The notes beneath the pieces were generated by a model. The model did no database searches, had not been told where the DNA came from, and worked only from the letters and a program-made list of their open reading frames with translations. This document shows, piece by piece, positions 38,920 to 51,872 of a DNA stretch of 64,000 nt. The position numbers were made by a program, and so were the translations under genes. The stretch is from Paramecium tetraurelia (taxonomy: Eukaryota): NCBI GenBank assembly GCA_000165425.1, contig CT868022.1, forward strand, positions 62,001 to 126,000, read 5' to 3'. Within the stretch, counting starts at the first letter, position 1. Each line of letters begins with the position of its first letter.

Positions 38920-41900
38920 ATGAGAAAAGTAGAGTCATTCAAATACATTGAAGATGACAACAACCAGAAATAGATAGCATAGAGTCAAGTGGATAACAAT
39001 CAGTTATTTTATTTATTTATGGTAGCCATCATCCAAATGTGCATGAAACACCAGAAAAATTCAAGAACTCAAGTTTTGACAGAGGTTACAAATAACGATA
39101 GGGTTCTTTTGAATAATTTAATCGAATTCAATTTCACGAGTAAAATAAGTATTGATTGTGTAGGGAAACATTCCCATAGGACACCAATTATGAGAGGAAT
39201 TTTGATAATTCAAAAATGTCTGAATATTCACTCCAAAGCATCGAAAGAGATGATATGGTTGAAGACAGAGTTAATAATCACACACTTCATAAATCAATCC
39301 ATGTCTATTCCAAATTTATATCTTCAGCCTCCCATCAACTCAATATGCAATAAAAACCAGAGCCAGATCCTGAAAAACCAGGAATTGCTATGGATCTTCT
39401 AAATGCATTAGATCACTAATAAGAGGTAGAACCTGAACATTTTAATGATATCGAATACGAGAAAATCACACGTAGGCATAAAAAACTAATACAAAGGAAC
39501 ACCATGAAAGACCCATACTATGTTAGATTGGTGAAATTATCGGATCTTCAAAGATTAAATTATGAGTTGCAAGTAATTTTTTTCATTTATTTAGAAATAT
39601 AATGACAATTTACTATTCTTAAATCTCCGAAAGAGCTTTATATATCTCATATACAGTATTCCAATTATGGCAAGAAAAATAGTTAACAATTTTTTATTTA
39701 AAATTTTGATGACTTTCCTCATCTTATTTAATGTGGTATTGTATATTGTTGTAAAAACAAACGGAAGAACAGATACTGATAACATAGAGGAAGTAGTTAT
39801 GATACTATTTATTTCTGAAATAGGCTTAAGAATTATAGCAAGTGGAGTGTTTTTTAATGATTATGCATTTTTTAGAAATATGGAAAACATCTATGATTTT
39901 GTACTGATATTCTTCACTGCCATGAATCTTTACTACCCTGAAGTCATCATTATCGATATATCACCTCTAAGATTGGTAACATTATTGATGTATCTTACAA
40001 ATATATTCCAGGGATTGAATGTAATGATGACTGCCCTGAAATAATCATTTAGATACTTGGTCGAAGCATTGATGATAGTGATACTATTTTCATTGATATT
40101 TGCATCAATGGGTATATTTCTATTCCAAGGTTTGTTCAATTACAGATGCCAATATGAGAATGGCGATGAAACTGAAGGTTGGATATAATGCAATTAAGGT
40201 CAGTGTCCCTCCGATATGCATTGTATGTATAGCGATTACACTCCCAAAATGCCAACATCTTTCAATAATTTGATTGGTTCTTTAGGATAAATTCTACGGA
40301 CCATTACTATGGATGATTGGAGTTGGGTGATGTTTTTTACAATGAGGATATTTCATCCCTGGGTTTGGCTCTATTATTTGTTGATAATCTTTATTGGAGG
40401 GTTCTTTGGATTCAACATAGTTATTGCAGTGTTGAAGGTTCATTATTCAGAGGCAACGGAAGAAAATAAGAAAAGAGAAGAGGTGAAGGAAATTTAGAAG
40501 AGATTGAAGGAGGAAGAGGAATATCCAGAGAGAAATTTAATAGAAATACTGGATGTTGCACATTTGAGAGAAATTGGTATCTATAAGGTGATCAAGAAAT
40601 ACAGAGCCAATTTAAATGAAGCATCCTTTGTCAAATATTCTATTGAAGACCCTTCTAGCTTTAAGAAGTCATATCAAACTGAAAGAACGTTGTCAGCCAA
40701 ATAAAAACAAATGGAAAGTGGCATCGTTAAGTTACCTTTTATTGAATATATAACCAGTTTCACTTGGAAGAGATTCCTACTACCAAAATTTGATTTCTTA
40801 GATGCTTTAACTAAGAAAATCAAAATAATCAATTATACTGATAATGAATTTAATATGAAGGTTATTGAAAGGTTAAAAACCATAAAATTTTCCAGATTAT
40901 AACCCTAAGTGAATAAGGATGTCAAGCAGAATTTTAGTTCTTAGAATGAAGTCTTACTGAGATTTATGTAATTATTGTTCTATTTATATATAGTGATTAA
41001 TAGGATTTAATTCAAAAGGAAAAGCATTTTAATCTAGAAAAGATAAGATCCACAAAATTCAAGATGGTTTATCATCAGGTGAAAATTGAAAAGGAAAAAC
41101 TGTATGGCAAGACTCAATTTGCAAGGTCAAGTTTTCCTACAAAGAGCAAGGCCTCATCTCCCTTTCTAAGCATCTATCAAAAGAAAGCTGAGTAGAGCAC
41201 AGATTCAATTATTAATTTTGAGAAGGTTGAGCAGAAATTGTTTAATAAAATGAAAGCCTCTTAGATTATAGAAACGTAATATAAAGAATTCTCCATTTTC
41301 AAAAATGGATAACCTTGTATATTTGTATAGGGATATTACTTAAATTACAAAAGAGTTAAAGAAAAAATTAATTAAAAAATCCCCTTAGTAGTTCACGATC
41401 AGGTGTCAAACAAATTCAAATATTAAGGTATGAGAATGAAGGAGTACTAAAACCACAAAACTATTACCAAACATAATTGGTCTGGTAAAGATGTACTTGA
41501 AATCAATAAAAAGAGATTGCTGTATTTTCATATAGTTTTATCATTGCTTAACAAAGTAGACATAATTATTTGGATTAATGGAGTAAAAGGACTGTATATA
41601 ATGTCATAAAAATATGCATACATAATAGCTACTAGCAGATTTAGTTAATTCTTTTTTGATTTAGTAATTCTTAACAATTTTACATTTCTATCACTCTAAG
41701 GAATTGTTGATATCAATATAATATCAACAGTGGAAGATATCTCGACGATATTTTTATGCTTTGAACTGGTGATGAGATTTTTGGGTTTTAGATTCAAAGA
41801 TCTTTTAAGGTCTCCTGATTTAATATTATAATCTGTTATTGTGATCATCAACTTTTTTGAATTGACTATCAGTGATTATATGACAACTTATTTAAGTGAG

Positions 41901-44900
41901 TAGAATTTGAGATTGATTAGAGGCACCAAATGTTTGCTGTTCTATAGATGTCTTAAATATAACAAGATGGCAATCACAATTGGTCATATTGCTTCTATGA
42001 CATTCGATTAATACATCTATTTGGCTTTCCTCATGTTTTTAGTGATATTCATGTATGCTCTGACTGGAATGGAAATGTATGTAGGGGAATTCGATTAAAA
42101 TGATTCCCTTGGATAATTACATTCTTATGAGAATATCTTTAAATCCTTTATGACAATCTTCAATATTATGACAAATGATGATTGGTATGGTGTTTACGTA
42201 ATTGGAAGTGACATTGATTTTACATTCTCCATCATCTACTCATTTTCTATGGTTCTAATTTTAAATTATCTAACTTATGGTTTGGTTATGGCCGTCTTAT
42301 TGGATGGATTTGGAAAGTATTTAGATCAACCGGTGGAGGAAATCCAAAATGAAATGCAGAAGAACATTAATGAATAATTGTAGCATATTACACAGAACTC
42401 TGATGAGATACAAATGTAATTAGTTGAGACTGTTCAGGAATCCATATATACGAATAAAAATATGACCAACGAGGAACTCAATAAATCTAAACCCAATTTA
42501 ATCTACAACTTAATTAAGTCAATAAGTAAATATTACACTCTAGTTATTTTTAGAATAAATTAATAGAAGACTGTTATCAAGAACACCAAAATTATATGAG
42601 GGTATTGAATGTGAATCATCCCTGTTCTTATTTGAGAAAGACAACCTATTTCGTATTGTATTGACTCACATTACTACATCCATGATCTATGTCTACCTAA
42701 TGGACATCGTTACATATCTGTCTATCATTGCTTTCATCCTTAAAACCTATAATGATTACGAAACAGATAGCGAATCATATCCAGACACTCTGTAATTCTC
42801 ATGCAATATAATTCAATTGGCAGATACAATATTTAATGTAATTGCAAAGGGATTGTTCATGGACAAAGGATCCTACTTGGTATCCACATTCTAAGTTTTT
42901 GATTTTATTTATCAGGTTTCGAATATCATAGCATTTGGTAGTAACCCTGAAGATTTCAAACCAATTCTCAAAATCCTACTCTATTTAGGCTATTTCAGAC
43001 CGATGAAATTGATGTATAGATTGAGTTGGCTAACAAATTTAAGAGAAGCCATTGGAAGATCCTTATTTGATATTTTCAATGTCTTGATTACTCTATTGTC
43101 AGTGTGGATAATGTTTGGAGTGTATGGCATAATACTGTACGAACAATAATTTGGGTATTGCGAAGATAAAATGCTTTTTGAAGTGAATAAAGAAACCTGT
43201 CTAAGCGAAGGTAAAATCTGGGTGAATTACAAACATAATTTCGATAACATTACTATTGCCATTCCCACTTTATATGTCACAGCCTCTTTGGATGGATGGG
43301 GGGAAATCTATTAAATTGCAGAGAATAGTTAAGTAGCTTCAATAGGTCCTTAAGGATTTAATTCATATGTGGTTACTTACATCTTCTTCCTACTTTTTGT
43401 GTTCATAGGTTCGATGTTCTTCTTGAGTCTTTTCACAGGAGTGCTTTACACAAATCTCAAGAAAAATCAGAAGGAAATTGAAAACACTGAAGTCACACAA
43501 TCACAAAAGGAATTTAAAGAAATTTCATCCATGTTAATAAAGGACTTTCCAGAATTCTCAACTCCACCCACTAGTGGAATAAGAAAGATATCTTCTGATA
43601 TTACAAGTAGTGCAACAATTTAGAAATGTTTGTTTCTACTTCTGTGGGTCGATTTCATTATCCTATTGATGTTCACATCAGACATGAGTGATGAGTACTT
43701 TAGAACTATAAATGATTTCCATAATGCATTAAGTGGGATCTATCTAGTTTGGGTAATCCTATTGTTTTTGGCATTGGGAATGAATAGATTTTTTGATAAT
43801 TCTTGGAGAAGATTTTATTTCTTCTTAATAGTGATTGCAGTCATAGATTTCATTGCAGATTATTCAGTGGATTGGATAATGATCTATTACAAGTCAACTC
43901 CTAATGATAGTGGGTACTAATTGCTTCGATTGTTTTTCTCCTTAAGAAGTCTAAGAATTATATTGATATTCTAAGGATTTATCAATTTACAAAGATTGAT
44001 AAATGTTATTCTATTTGCTTTGCCTTATTTGGGCAAGATCTTTTCTATTTTGATAATCACTATGCTAGTATTTGCTTTATTTGGTTGTCAGCTATTTGGT
44101 ACAATAGATAAAGGATAGGTGTTGGATGACTAACTTAATTTTATGACAGCTGCTAGTGCTATGATAACACTCTTCAAATGTGCATCAGGTGATGATTGGA
44201 GGACAGTTATGACAGACACAATGCATTACAACCCATTATGTTGGGAAGATCCTAAATATTGTGGATCATTTGCTAGTCAAATCTACTTCTTCTTATTCAT
44301 GTTCTTTTCCACTTATGTTCTGTTAACACTCTTTTTGTTAAGTTTGGTAGAACAGTTTGAATCCTTTTTCCAATTATAAGACTCACCCATTCAATCATAT
44401 GTAGAAAATATTGATAAAATTAAAACTATTTGGTGCAAGTACTCCTCTGAAACACAAGGATAAACCATGCATTATAAATTCTTATGCAAATTCCTATTAG
44501 ATATTGGCAAACCTCTTGGCGGAGGAGAGGAAGAGAATCTTTGGGATGTTGCTAAGATTGCATCATCATTTAAATTAAAATGGTAATTAGTTTAGATTTA
44601 TTTATAGTGATCTTCATGGTTACATTCAATACAATCAATTGATTTATGAATTGTTCAGAGTGAAATTCCATGCTGACGTGTTCAAGGAAGGTAGTCACGA
44701 TTCTATCAAATAAATTAAGTAGTTCAACAAAGAAATGCAATTACGTTTGATGTATTACAGGAAAAACAGACATATCGAAAGATCGAACATCAGTTCGGCA
44801 CTTTAATTAAAAGCTAATTTCAATATTCTCCATGATTATCTTACTGTTTTGATTCTCTTTAAAACTTGGGAATCATATAGCAGGATCCTCATAAGAAAGC

Positions 44901-45223
44901 TATCAAACAAATAGAATCAATTTTCAGACGACGCTATATCTAGACATACTGAACTAGAATAGAAGTAACTATTCCAATATTTTATTATTAGTGATAAGAA
45001 CAATGTAAATGACCTAATGGAACCAGAAGTGTTGGAGCCATCATGTGAAGAGGCGACTGTCAATTATAATTTTGATAACAAAAAACATCATCACACTAAT
45101 GAAAGTTAAAATTAATCAAATATTGAATTGCCAATCTATCAAGGAGCTTCGCCCTTCTCCATTCAAGAAGAAGATGTCAAAATAATCCTCTCTGCAGTGG
45201 GTGAAAAGTAGCCCATTTTGTGA
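38920..45223 (+). CDS. Four-domain (4x6TM) Cav/Nav/NALCN-superfamily cation channel alpha subunit, paralog A
   Basis: Four Ion_trans repeats with P-loops RTITMDDW (40312), IMTNDDW (42177), TASLDGW (43291) and CASGDDW (44191). S6 motifs such as GGFFGFNIVIAVL. DIII-IV linker TQSQKEF and EF-hand-like C-tail IKTIWCKY...DIGKPLG; several tiny introns. Confidence 0.93.
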
Positions 45224-45900
45224 TTCTTTATTTGTGTATTTTTTATTGACAATAGCATATTCATGTTTATTAAGACAATGGATTCATAGAAGTTGACTCA
45301 TATTATAAAGAAATAGGTGGATGTATGTTTTATAAGCATTAAATAAAATTAGGATAAATTGGATGTTATTATTCTCAAAGGAAATTGCAAGACAAAATAG
45401 TTAAATAAGCAAAAATTAATTTAGAAAGGGTAATAATGGAGAAAATAAACTGAATTAAAAAAAATAGATAACTTGTTAAAACCACTAATTCCTTTTACTT
45501 CTTTTATTATAAGTAACTTATTTATGATTGTTGATGAATAAATTAACAAAAATATTTATTAACATTTTAAACATTAAAAAATAAAGTAAAGCTAGTAAAA
45601 AGAAAGTTCTATAATTAAATAAAGTGAATACTCCATTCTTGTCTAATTTAGTCTCAACTCCAAATTTAAAATCTTAGGTTTTTAGAAATTTTAATTATTT
45701 TTATAATGTTTGAAAATATGAAAAAGTAAAATTGGATAATACAATAATTTTGAGATTCAACCATCTTTGTTATACGAAAGGGTTTCGAAGATTTGTTAGC
45801 TGATTAATTGAAATAAACATATATAAAATTAGCTATTGAATATAAATATGTATGAGATTGACTTTGTAACAGAAATATGATATCATTAAATAATAATAAA

Positions 45901-48900
45901 ATGAATACAGAATGTTCAGTATTATTTCATGTGACTGTAAGAACAACTCTTTCTTAGGTTGTCGGAGTAATTGGTAACTAAGAAGAATTGGGGAGTTGGA
46001 ATGAGAAATGCTTGTGCATTCTAAAAACAGATCCTTAAATATTTCCAAAATGGGTGGCTGAAAAACCAATAGCATTTAAGCAAGGTAAGGTGTTGTGATT
46101 GATTTAGGGACTAAGTTGGAATTTAAATTTGTGATTTTAGATAATGGGACAGCAATTTGGGAAGAATTACCTCAGAATCGAAAGTACAGGTGCAGATACT
46201 GGAAAGTAATATTGACGGCCGATTGGAATAATTACGAAGGGAAGGAATATATTGAAAAGAGATTCAAGTCGAGTGTGTGTTTGGATCAGGAGATATTGAG
46301 TTAATATACTAAGCCAAGATTGAGTGATCAATTTGATCCATTCAATTAGGCCAATGACGATTCGGAGGATTCCGTGGATGGGTTTGATAGTTTTGCAAAG
46401 GAGATAGCAAACAGAAACGATTCAGAAAGCTCGGAATCGGAGGAGGACAAAAAGAAACCAACTGTGGAGCTAAATAAGGATAGCGAATTTTCATCGCTTT
46501 ATTAGTTGTATACGGAGAATCCCAAATTCAGACAGCTGAAGAATTTTAGTTAAAATGACATTTTATATGAAATAAATGATGACCCTTTGATTGGACTTAG
46601 TGACGAGGATTCATTACTAATATCAACATATTATCTACCTATTGTTATAATTAAATAAACTGATGGATCTTACTAAAGAAGTAATTTCCAGCACTCATTT
46701 AGTTTGCATTTGCTATTTGGAGTTCAATAATTTAAAAGAATTTGGTTTGGATTGCCTATCGTTTTGAATGAATTAGGAGAGAAGATTACTGATCAAAGTG
46801 TGGAATTAAAGAACTATTTAAAACAGTTTGGATTTGTTCCTGTGTTTGTCAATCAGGAATGTTTGGATTATTTCAACAAAGAATTCTGTAGTAAACTATA
46901 TTAAGCCATTATGAACAATGATGTCAGTATCACAAAACTAGCAGCCCTTGAGTATTCAGATTACATGCAAGAATGCTTTAAAAAACTGAATGATGAATTT
47001 TTTCAAGAAATTAAACCTCACATCAATCAACATTCAATTGCATTGATAGCCGATTATAGATTGTTATATTTGAGTCAAATCTTTGTGAATCACAAATTTA
47101 CTAGATTGCCTTTAGTGATCTTTTACAATAGATTGTTCCCTCATTTAGATAATTTGAAATTGATTCCATTTTTCCATGAAATCATAAACTCATTTCTACA
47201 TGCCAATGTCATTTGTTTTAGCAATTATAAAACTGCAAATGAATTCTTAACTGTTATGAAGGATATCTACAAGGTTGAGTATCACTCATTCAAAGGCAAT
47301 TTAGCATTCCACTATTATGGAAGAGAAATCTTGGTGAAACTACAAAATCCAGGCATAGAACTCACAGCTTGTGGAGAAAAACGCTACGAAATAGGTGAAC
47401 TTCATTATGACAAGGTAGAAAATGATAACGAAATAAAAATAGTGGGAGTTGATACATATGGACACCAATCAGGAGTTGAATTGAAATTTAGACATCTTCT
47501 CAAATTCATTAAGGAAACTGATATCATCTAGAAGAATCCTCATATCAAATACATACAGATTCTCTTGAAGGCCTTTGAAGATCACGACATTAATGAGCAA
47601 AGAGTCTCATTGCTCAATCAGATCGAGCAAATCAATTCTTATCTGTACCCCAATAGAGACAACTACTTTGTCAAATTGATCGAAGAAGAAATGGATTCTA
47701 AACATCGTTTTAAAGTATTTGAAAAGGCTAAGATATATCTGCAATGTAAATATAGTGGTAGACACGACTTTTATTTATCAGAGTATATTCATTTAAACAA
47801 AATGCCTATTGCTTTGATTAGTGATTCAAGTTGTTATCATCGTGGATTTCAATCCATTGTAACATTCAATGTGTTTTCACATATTGATTTTAAAGAGAAG
47901 TTTGCAGATTTATTAATAAAAGTAATTAACAAACAATATTAATTCACTTAATTGCACAAACTTAAAGTAGAGAAAGATTAATTGATAATTCGACAAAACT
48001 AAACATCTTAATGGATAGAAAACATTTTTATTGATGCCAAGAAGGCTGTTTCAATGCTCAAATTTGCTTAGATTAGTCTACGTTTTCAAGATGGATTGAT
48101 GATTAAAGTGGCACATAATTTGAAATTTCAGCATCTGGATATCTAGTCTGTAGCAAAAGCATATTAGCAATCAACTAAGCCAATCATCATAATAGAGTTT
48201 GAAACTATTGTTACAGATTAATACTTTATTGATTACAAACCCAAGCATTTTCTTTAGCAGAGTCCTCATTTGAAGGGGAATGAGGAAGCAGTTATGATTA
48301 GATAAGTCGAATAAGAATTATTGAATAGGATTAAGGAATTGTCAAAAACGAATAAAGTGTATATTGTATCAGGTGGATTATTTAATGAATTGTCTTCTAT
48401 TTTTAGTGGCTACAATATAAGCTTATTTGCAGAAAACGGGTTTTTGTATAAATCAGACTAATTGCAATGGAATGCCCTATTTAATTTGGATTATTAATGT
48501 CTGATTCAGGTAAGGAAGATATTCAATTAATATGCCATGAAAACAGAAGGAGCCTTGATTGAATCCAAAGAAAGTTCAATAAGCTTGAAACTTATGAATT
48601 CAGATGAATACGTTTAATAGCTGATATAGGATCTAGTTGAAAATGTCTAAATGATAGTGGATAGATACCCCACATTCTAATTAATAATAGGATCTCATTC
48701 AGTAGAGGTAAGTCCTAAAAATCTAAATAAAGGAATGATTTTGGAAATCATTATGCAGAAGGAGAATTTATAAAGAGGCAAATTGGATTTTGCTCTTATT
48801 ATAGCAAGAGGGATACAAAACGAGGATATCTTCTCTCACTTTAAGGTTATTACTTAGAGTAGAAAGTATTTTAGTGAAGTACATTTATTATGGTATCTAA

Positions 48901-49005
48901 TAGAATGCTAGTCTATTTTCAGTTTCCCAGGGACTTATGCCATCCTATGCAAATTATTATCTAAATAATCAACAAGAACTTATTTAATTATTTAAGACTA
49001 TTTGA
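45901..49005 (+). CDS. CBM20 + trehalose-6-phosphate synthase-like (GT20) + trehalose-phosphatase-like (HAD) fusion, degenerate active sites
   Basis: CBM20: VGVIGNQEELGSWN, FPKW, LEFKFV, WEE..NR. GT20-like: STYYLP, WFGLP, LIADYRL, FLHANVICF, IVGVD. TPP-like: VYIVSG, LFAENG, TEGALIESKESS, VEVSPKNLNKG. Confidence 0.85.
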
Positions 49006-49530
49006 ATATATAAATATATTAATTAATTTAAATAATAATTATAAGAATTCAATAGATTAATCAATTAAGTATTTTTTCTATCATCATGAAATTGGTAAAT
49101 TTTAATTTCTAAGATAAAATCAAGCACTTAATAATCATTGCATAATTGAAGAGATCATTTTAAGCCAAAGAATCAAATTTTAATAGTTAATTCCTCTAAT
49201 TAAACATATTCTCTCTATATATATCATAAGTTAATTTACAAGATATTTATAATCAAATCATTAAAATTTAGTGTAAACATTTTACCTTTAGTAATCAACT
49301 TTATGAAATATATAGATCACGGTGTAAATAGATCGTCAACATTAATTTTTAGGAATGTCTAAATTTTATTTGCTTATAAATCTTTTTGTGATTAATATAG
49401 TTAGTAATAAGTGAATGATCATTCATTTAAATTCTTCAATTTTGGGTTTGATGTAATTTATGGCTATTCCACATATTTTTATGAGGACTCTTATTTTTAT
49501 ATTCTATAACATTGTTCAATTAATTAAATA

Positions 49531-50219
49531 ATGAATCGTGAAGTTAAGGTCGTATTGTTAGGAGATTCAGGAGTAGGCAAGAGTTCGATTGTGCTTAGAT
49601 TCTGTTCAGATATATTTAAAGTCACTCACGAATCCACTTTGGGGGCAGCTTTCATGGCTAGAACGATAGAAGTCAATGGAATCAATTTTAAATTTCAGAT
49701 TTGGGACACTGCTGGATAAGAAAAGTACAAGTCACTCACTCCTTTGTACTATAGAGGTTTTGTGCTCATTTATTTTTAGAGGCTCAAGTTGCATTGATAG
49801 TTTATGATATTACACATAAGGATTCCTTTGATGTGCTGAAATCATGGGTCAACGAATTAAAAGCACATGGCCCTAAAAAGATAAGTATGATCTCCTATTA
49901 CACTTTTAGTCCAAGTTCTAGTTGGAAATAAAAATGATTTGATTGAAGACGAGAAAGTGTCATATGATGAAGCAAACAATTATGCCTAAGTAATTAGAAA
50001 TGCTTATTCTAGCAAATTGGGGCTTCTCTCAAGCTCACCAGTTGCAAGGAGAACAAGGGAATCTAAGAATTGTTTGTCTCGATTGCTGAGCAGATCTTAT
50101 ATGAAGAACAAAACAAATTAGTTGAAGGTAAGAAAACAGAAAAGCCATAAAATCCTAGTGTCAAAGTTACTGTAGAAGACTAAAATAAAAAAAAGAAAAA
50201 AGAAGGAGGATGCTGTTGA
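49531..50219 (+). CDS. Rab GTPase, Rab5/Rab22 group
   Basis: GDSGVGKS, STLGAAF, WDTAGQE (Q=TAA), YKSLTPLYYR, WVNELKAHGP, GNKND and C-terminal GGCC prenylation site; introns 49757-49779, 49885-49909, 49990-50012. Confidence 0.95.
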
Positions 50220-50258
50220 ATTCAATATTGTTCTAAAATTATAAATGTCTATTCTTCC

Positions 50259-50750
50259 TCAAATCATATGTTTCATCATCAATATCATAACATATCCAAT
50301 AACTGCACATACTAAAAATAAAACTCCAAATTCCAGAAAGTGTTTCTCAACTTGCTCACTGCCTTTTGCAAATTAATTCAATTCCTTCTTTTCCGACAGA
50401 TTCCAAGTCAACAGTATTTTTATAGCTCTCTATTTCCATTCCTCTTCAGGCAATTCAGTAAGCAAATGCAACTATATGTGATCTTCTATTCCTTTTAATG
50501 TTTAACTCGCTTGATTCATTGTTGATGGTTACAATACCAATATATAATCAGGACTTTACTCTAATCTATGCAAAAATAGAGATTGAGCTTTGTTTCTCTT
50601 TCTCTCGTATTCCTATTCATTTCTCAAAAACTCCATTATGTCATTATCGTCTATTGAAGCTAAGCTTACCTTCTTCAATATTCTTCTCTCTTAATCCTTC
50701 TTCTCAAAATGAATGAGTCCAATAAAAACTAAATACGCTGAAGTAGACAT
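50259..50750 (-). CDS. Hypothetical tail-anchored membrane protein (~163 aa)
   Basis: MSTSAYLVFIGLIHFEKKDQERR...FLEFGVLFLVCAVIGYVMILMMKHMI*; single C-terminal hydrophobic helix; an alternative in-frame ATG lies at 50789. Confidence 0.6.
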
Positions 50751-51872
50751 CGAAAATTATTAAGATTAATGTAATTTCCAAAGTATCATATATTTTGGGG
50801 TAAAATCTAAGACTGTCCCTACTGATCATGTACAATAAGATATGATTAACAATGTTGACTATCTTCTACAGTGAAAATGAACAAATAATTTACGAATTTT
50901 CTTATTTAAATTAAATATCAAGATCATTGATCTTTTTAAAGACTAATTAGAACAATATTGTCTTAATGCAAAAGAATGAATAATTTTTTTTAAATACGTA
51001 TTAATGGGGGGTGGATATTTTGGCTATTTACTAGTTGCTGCATTGAAATTCAACAATGTTCATATACAGAAAACCAATAGTAAGACTGCATCTATTAATG
51101 AAGTTTGCAATTCTTTTTTAATATTTCTTAAAGAGTTTATCATTATTATTTATTTTAATATTTGGTTTCATTTATCATAGGTAATTAGTAAACTTTATAT
51201 TCTGTGAATCTTGATGATAGTGCTACATAATTATAGTATTACATTATACACAGAAATTAAGGAAATGATACCAAGTGGGTTTAATTATTTGAGAATGATT
51301 TATTTGTTTACTTTAATTAAATTCAGAACTTTAGTAAAATCTGGGTAGTTCTAAAATAATTCCAAAATAACTTATTTTAACAAACTCCTATCTTAATAAT
51401 AATATCATTATATTTCTACATAGAATTGTAGTCCTAAAATTCAAATTTTTGTTTAAGGATACTGTTAAGAATTAAAATTAAAAATACATATGATTTGTTG
51501 AAATGCACCTAAAAACCTGGCAATAAATTTGGGATAATAAATATTTTTCATATATTGATTCAATGAATAAATAAAAATAACATAAATATCACTAGCTTTG
51601 TAAATTATTTATTTATTTAATATTAATTTTAAAGGTGATTTATATATAATTATTGAGTAGATTCGATAGAGATTTACAGATTGAGAATGATGTAATTTAT
51701 TTATCCTTGATTTTGTGGAGGTAAAATGTTATAATAATAAATTTCTATTAGGCAGAAGTGAAATTTGATAATTTTTAATTTTCATTTCTTCTGAATAAGC
51801 ATTTTCATTTAGTGATAATTCATATCTAAAAAAGATTTGTCAATATAGAAATTATGTATATAAAATAAAATA

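Noticed and set aside
38989..39402. 137-aa ORF in the supplied track
   Set aside because: Reads through introns in a shifted frame of the channel A N-terminus.
49441..49452. TTTGGGTTTG resembling Paramecium telomeric repeat
   Set aside because: Single unit, no tandem array.
14420..50219. Apparent endosomal-trafficking cluster (Rubicon-like, arrestins, Rab, H+-PPase)
   Set aside because: Genes are scattered over 36 kb among unrelated genes and trafficking genes are abundant in ciliates, so there is no evidence of functional clustering.
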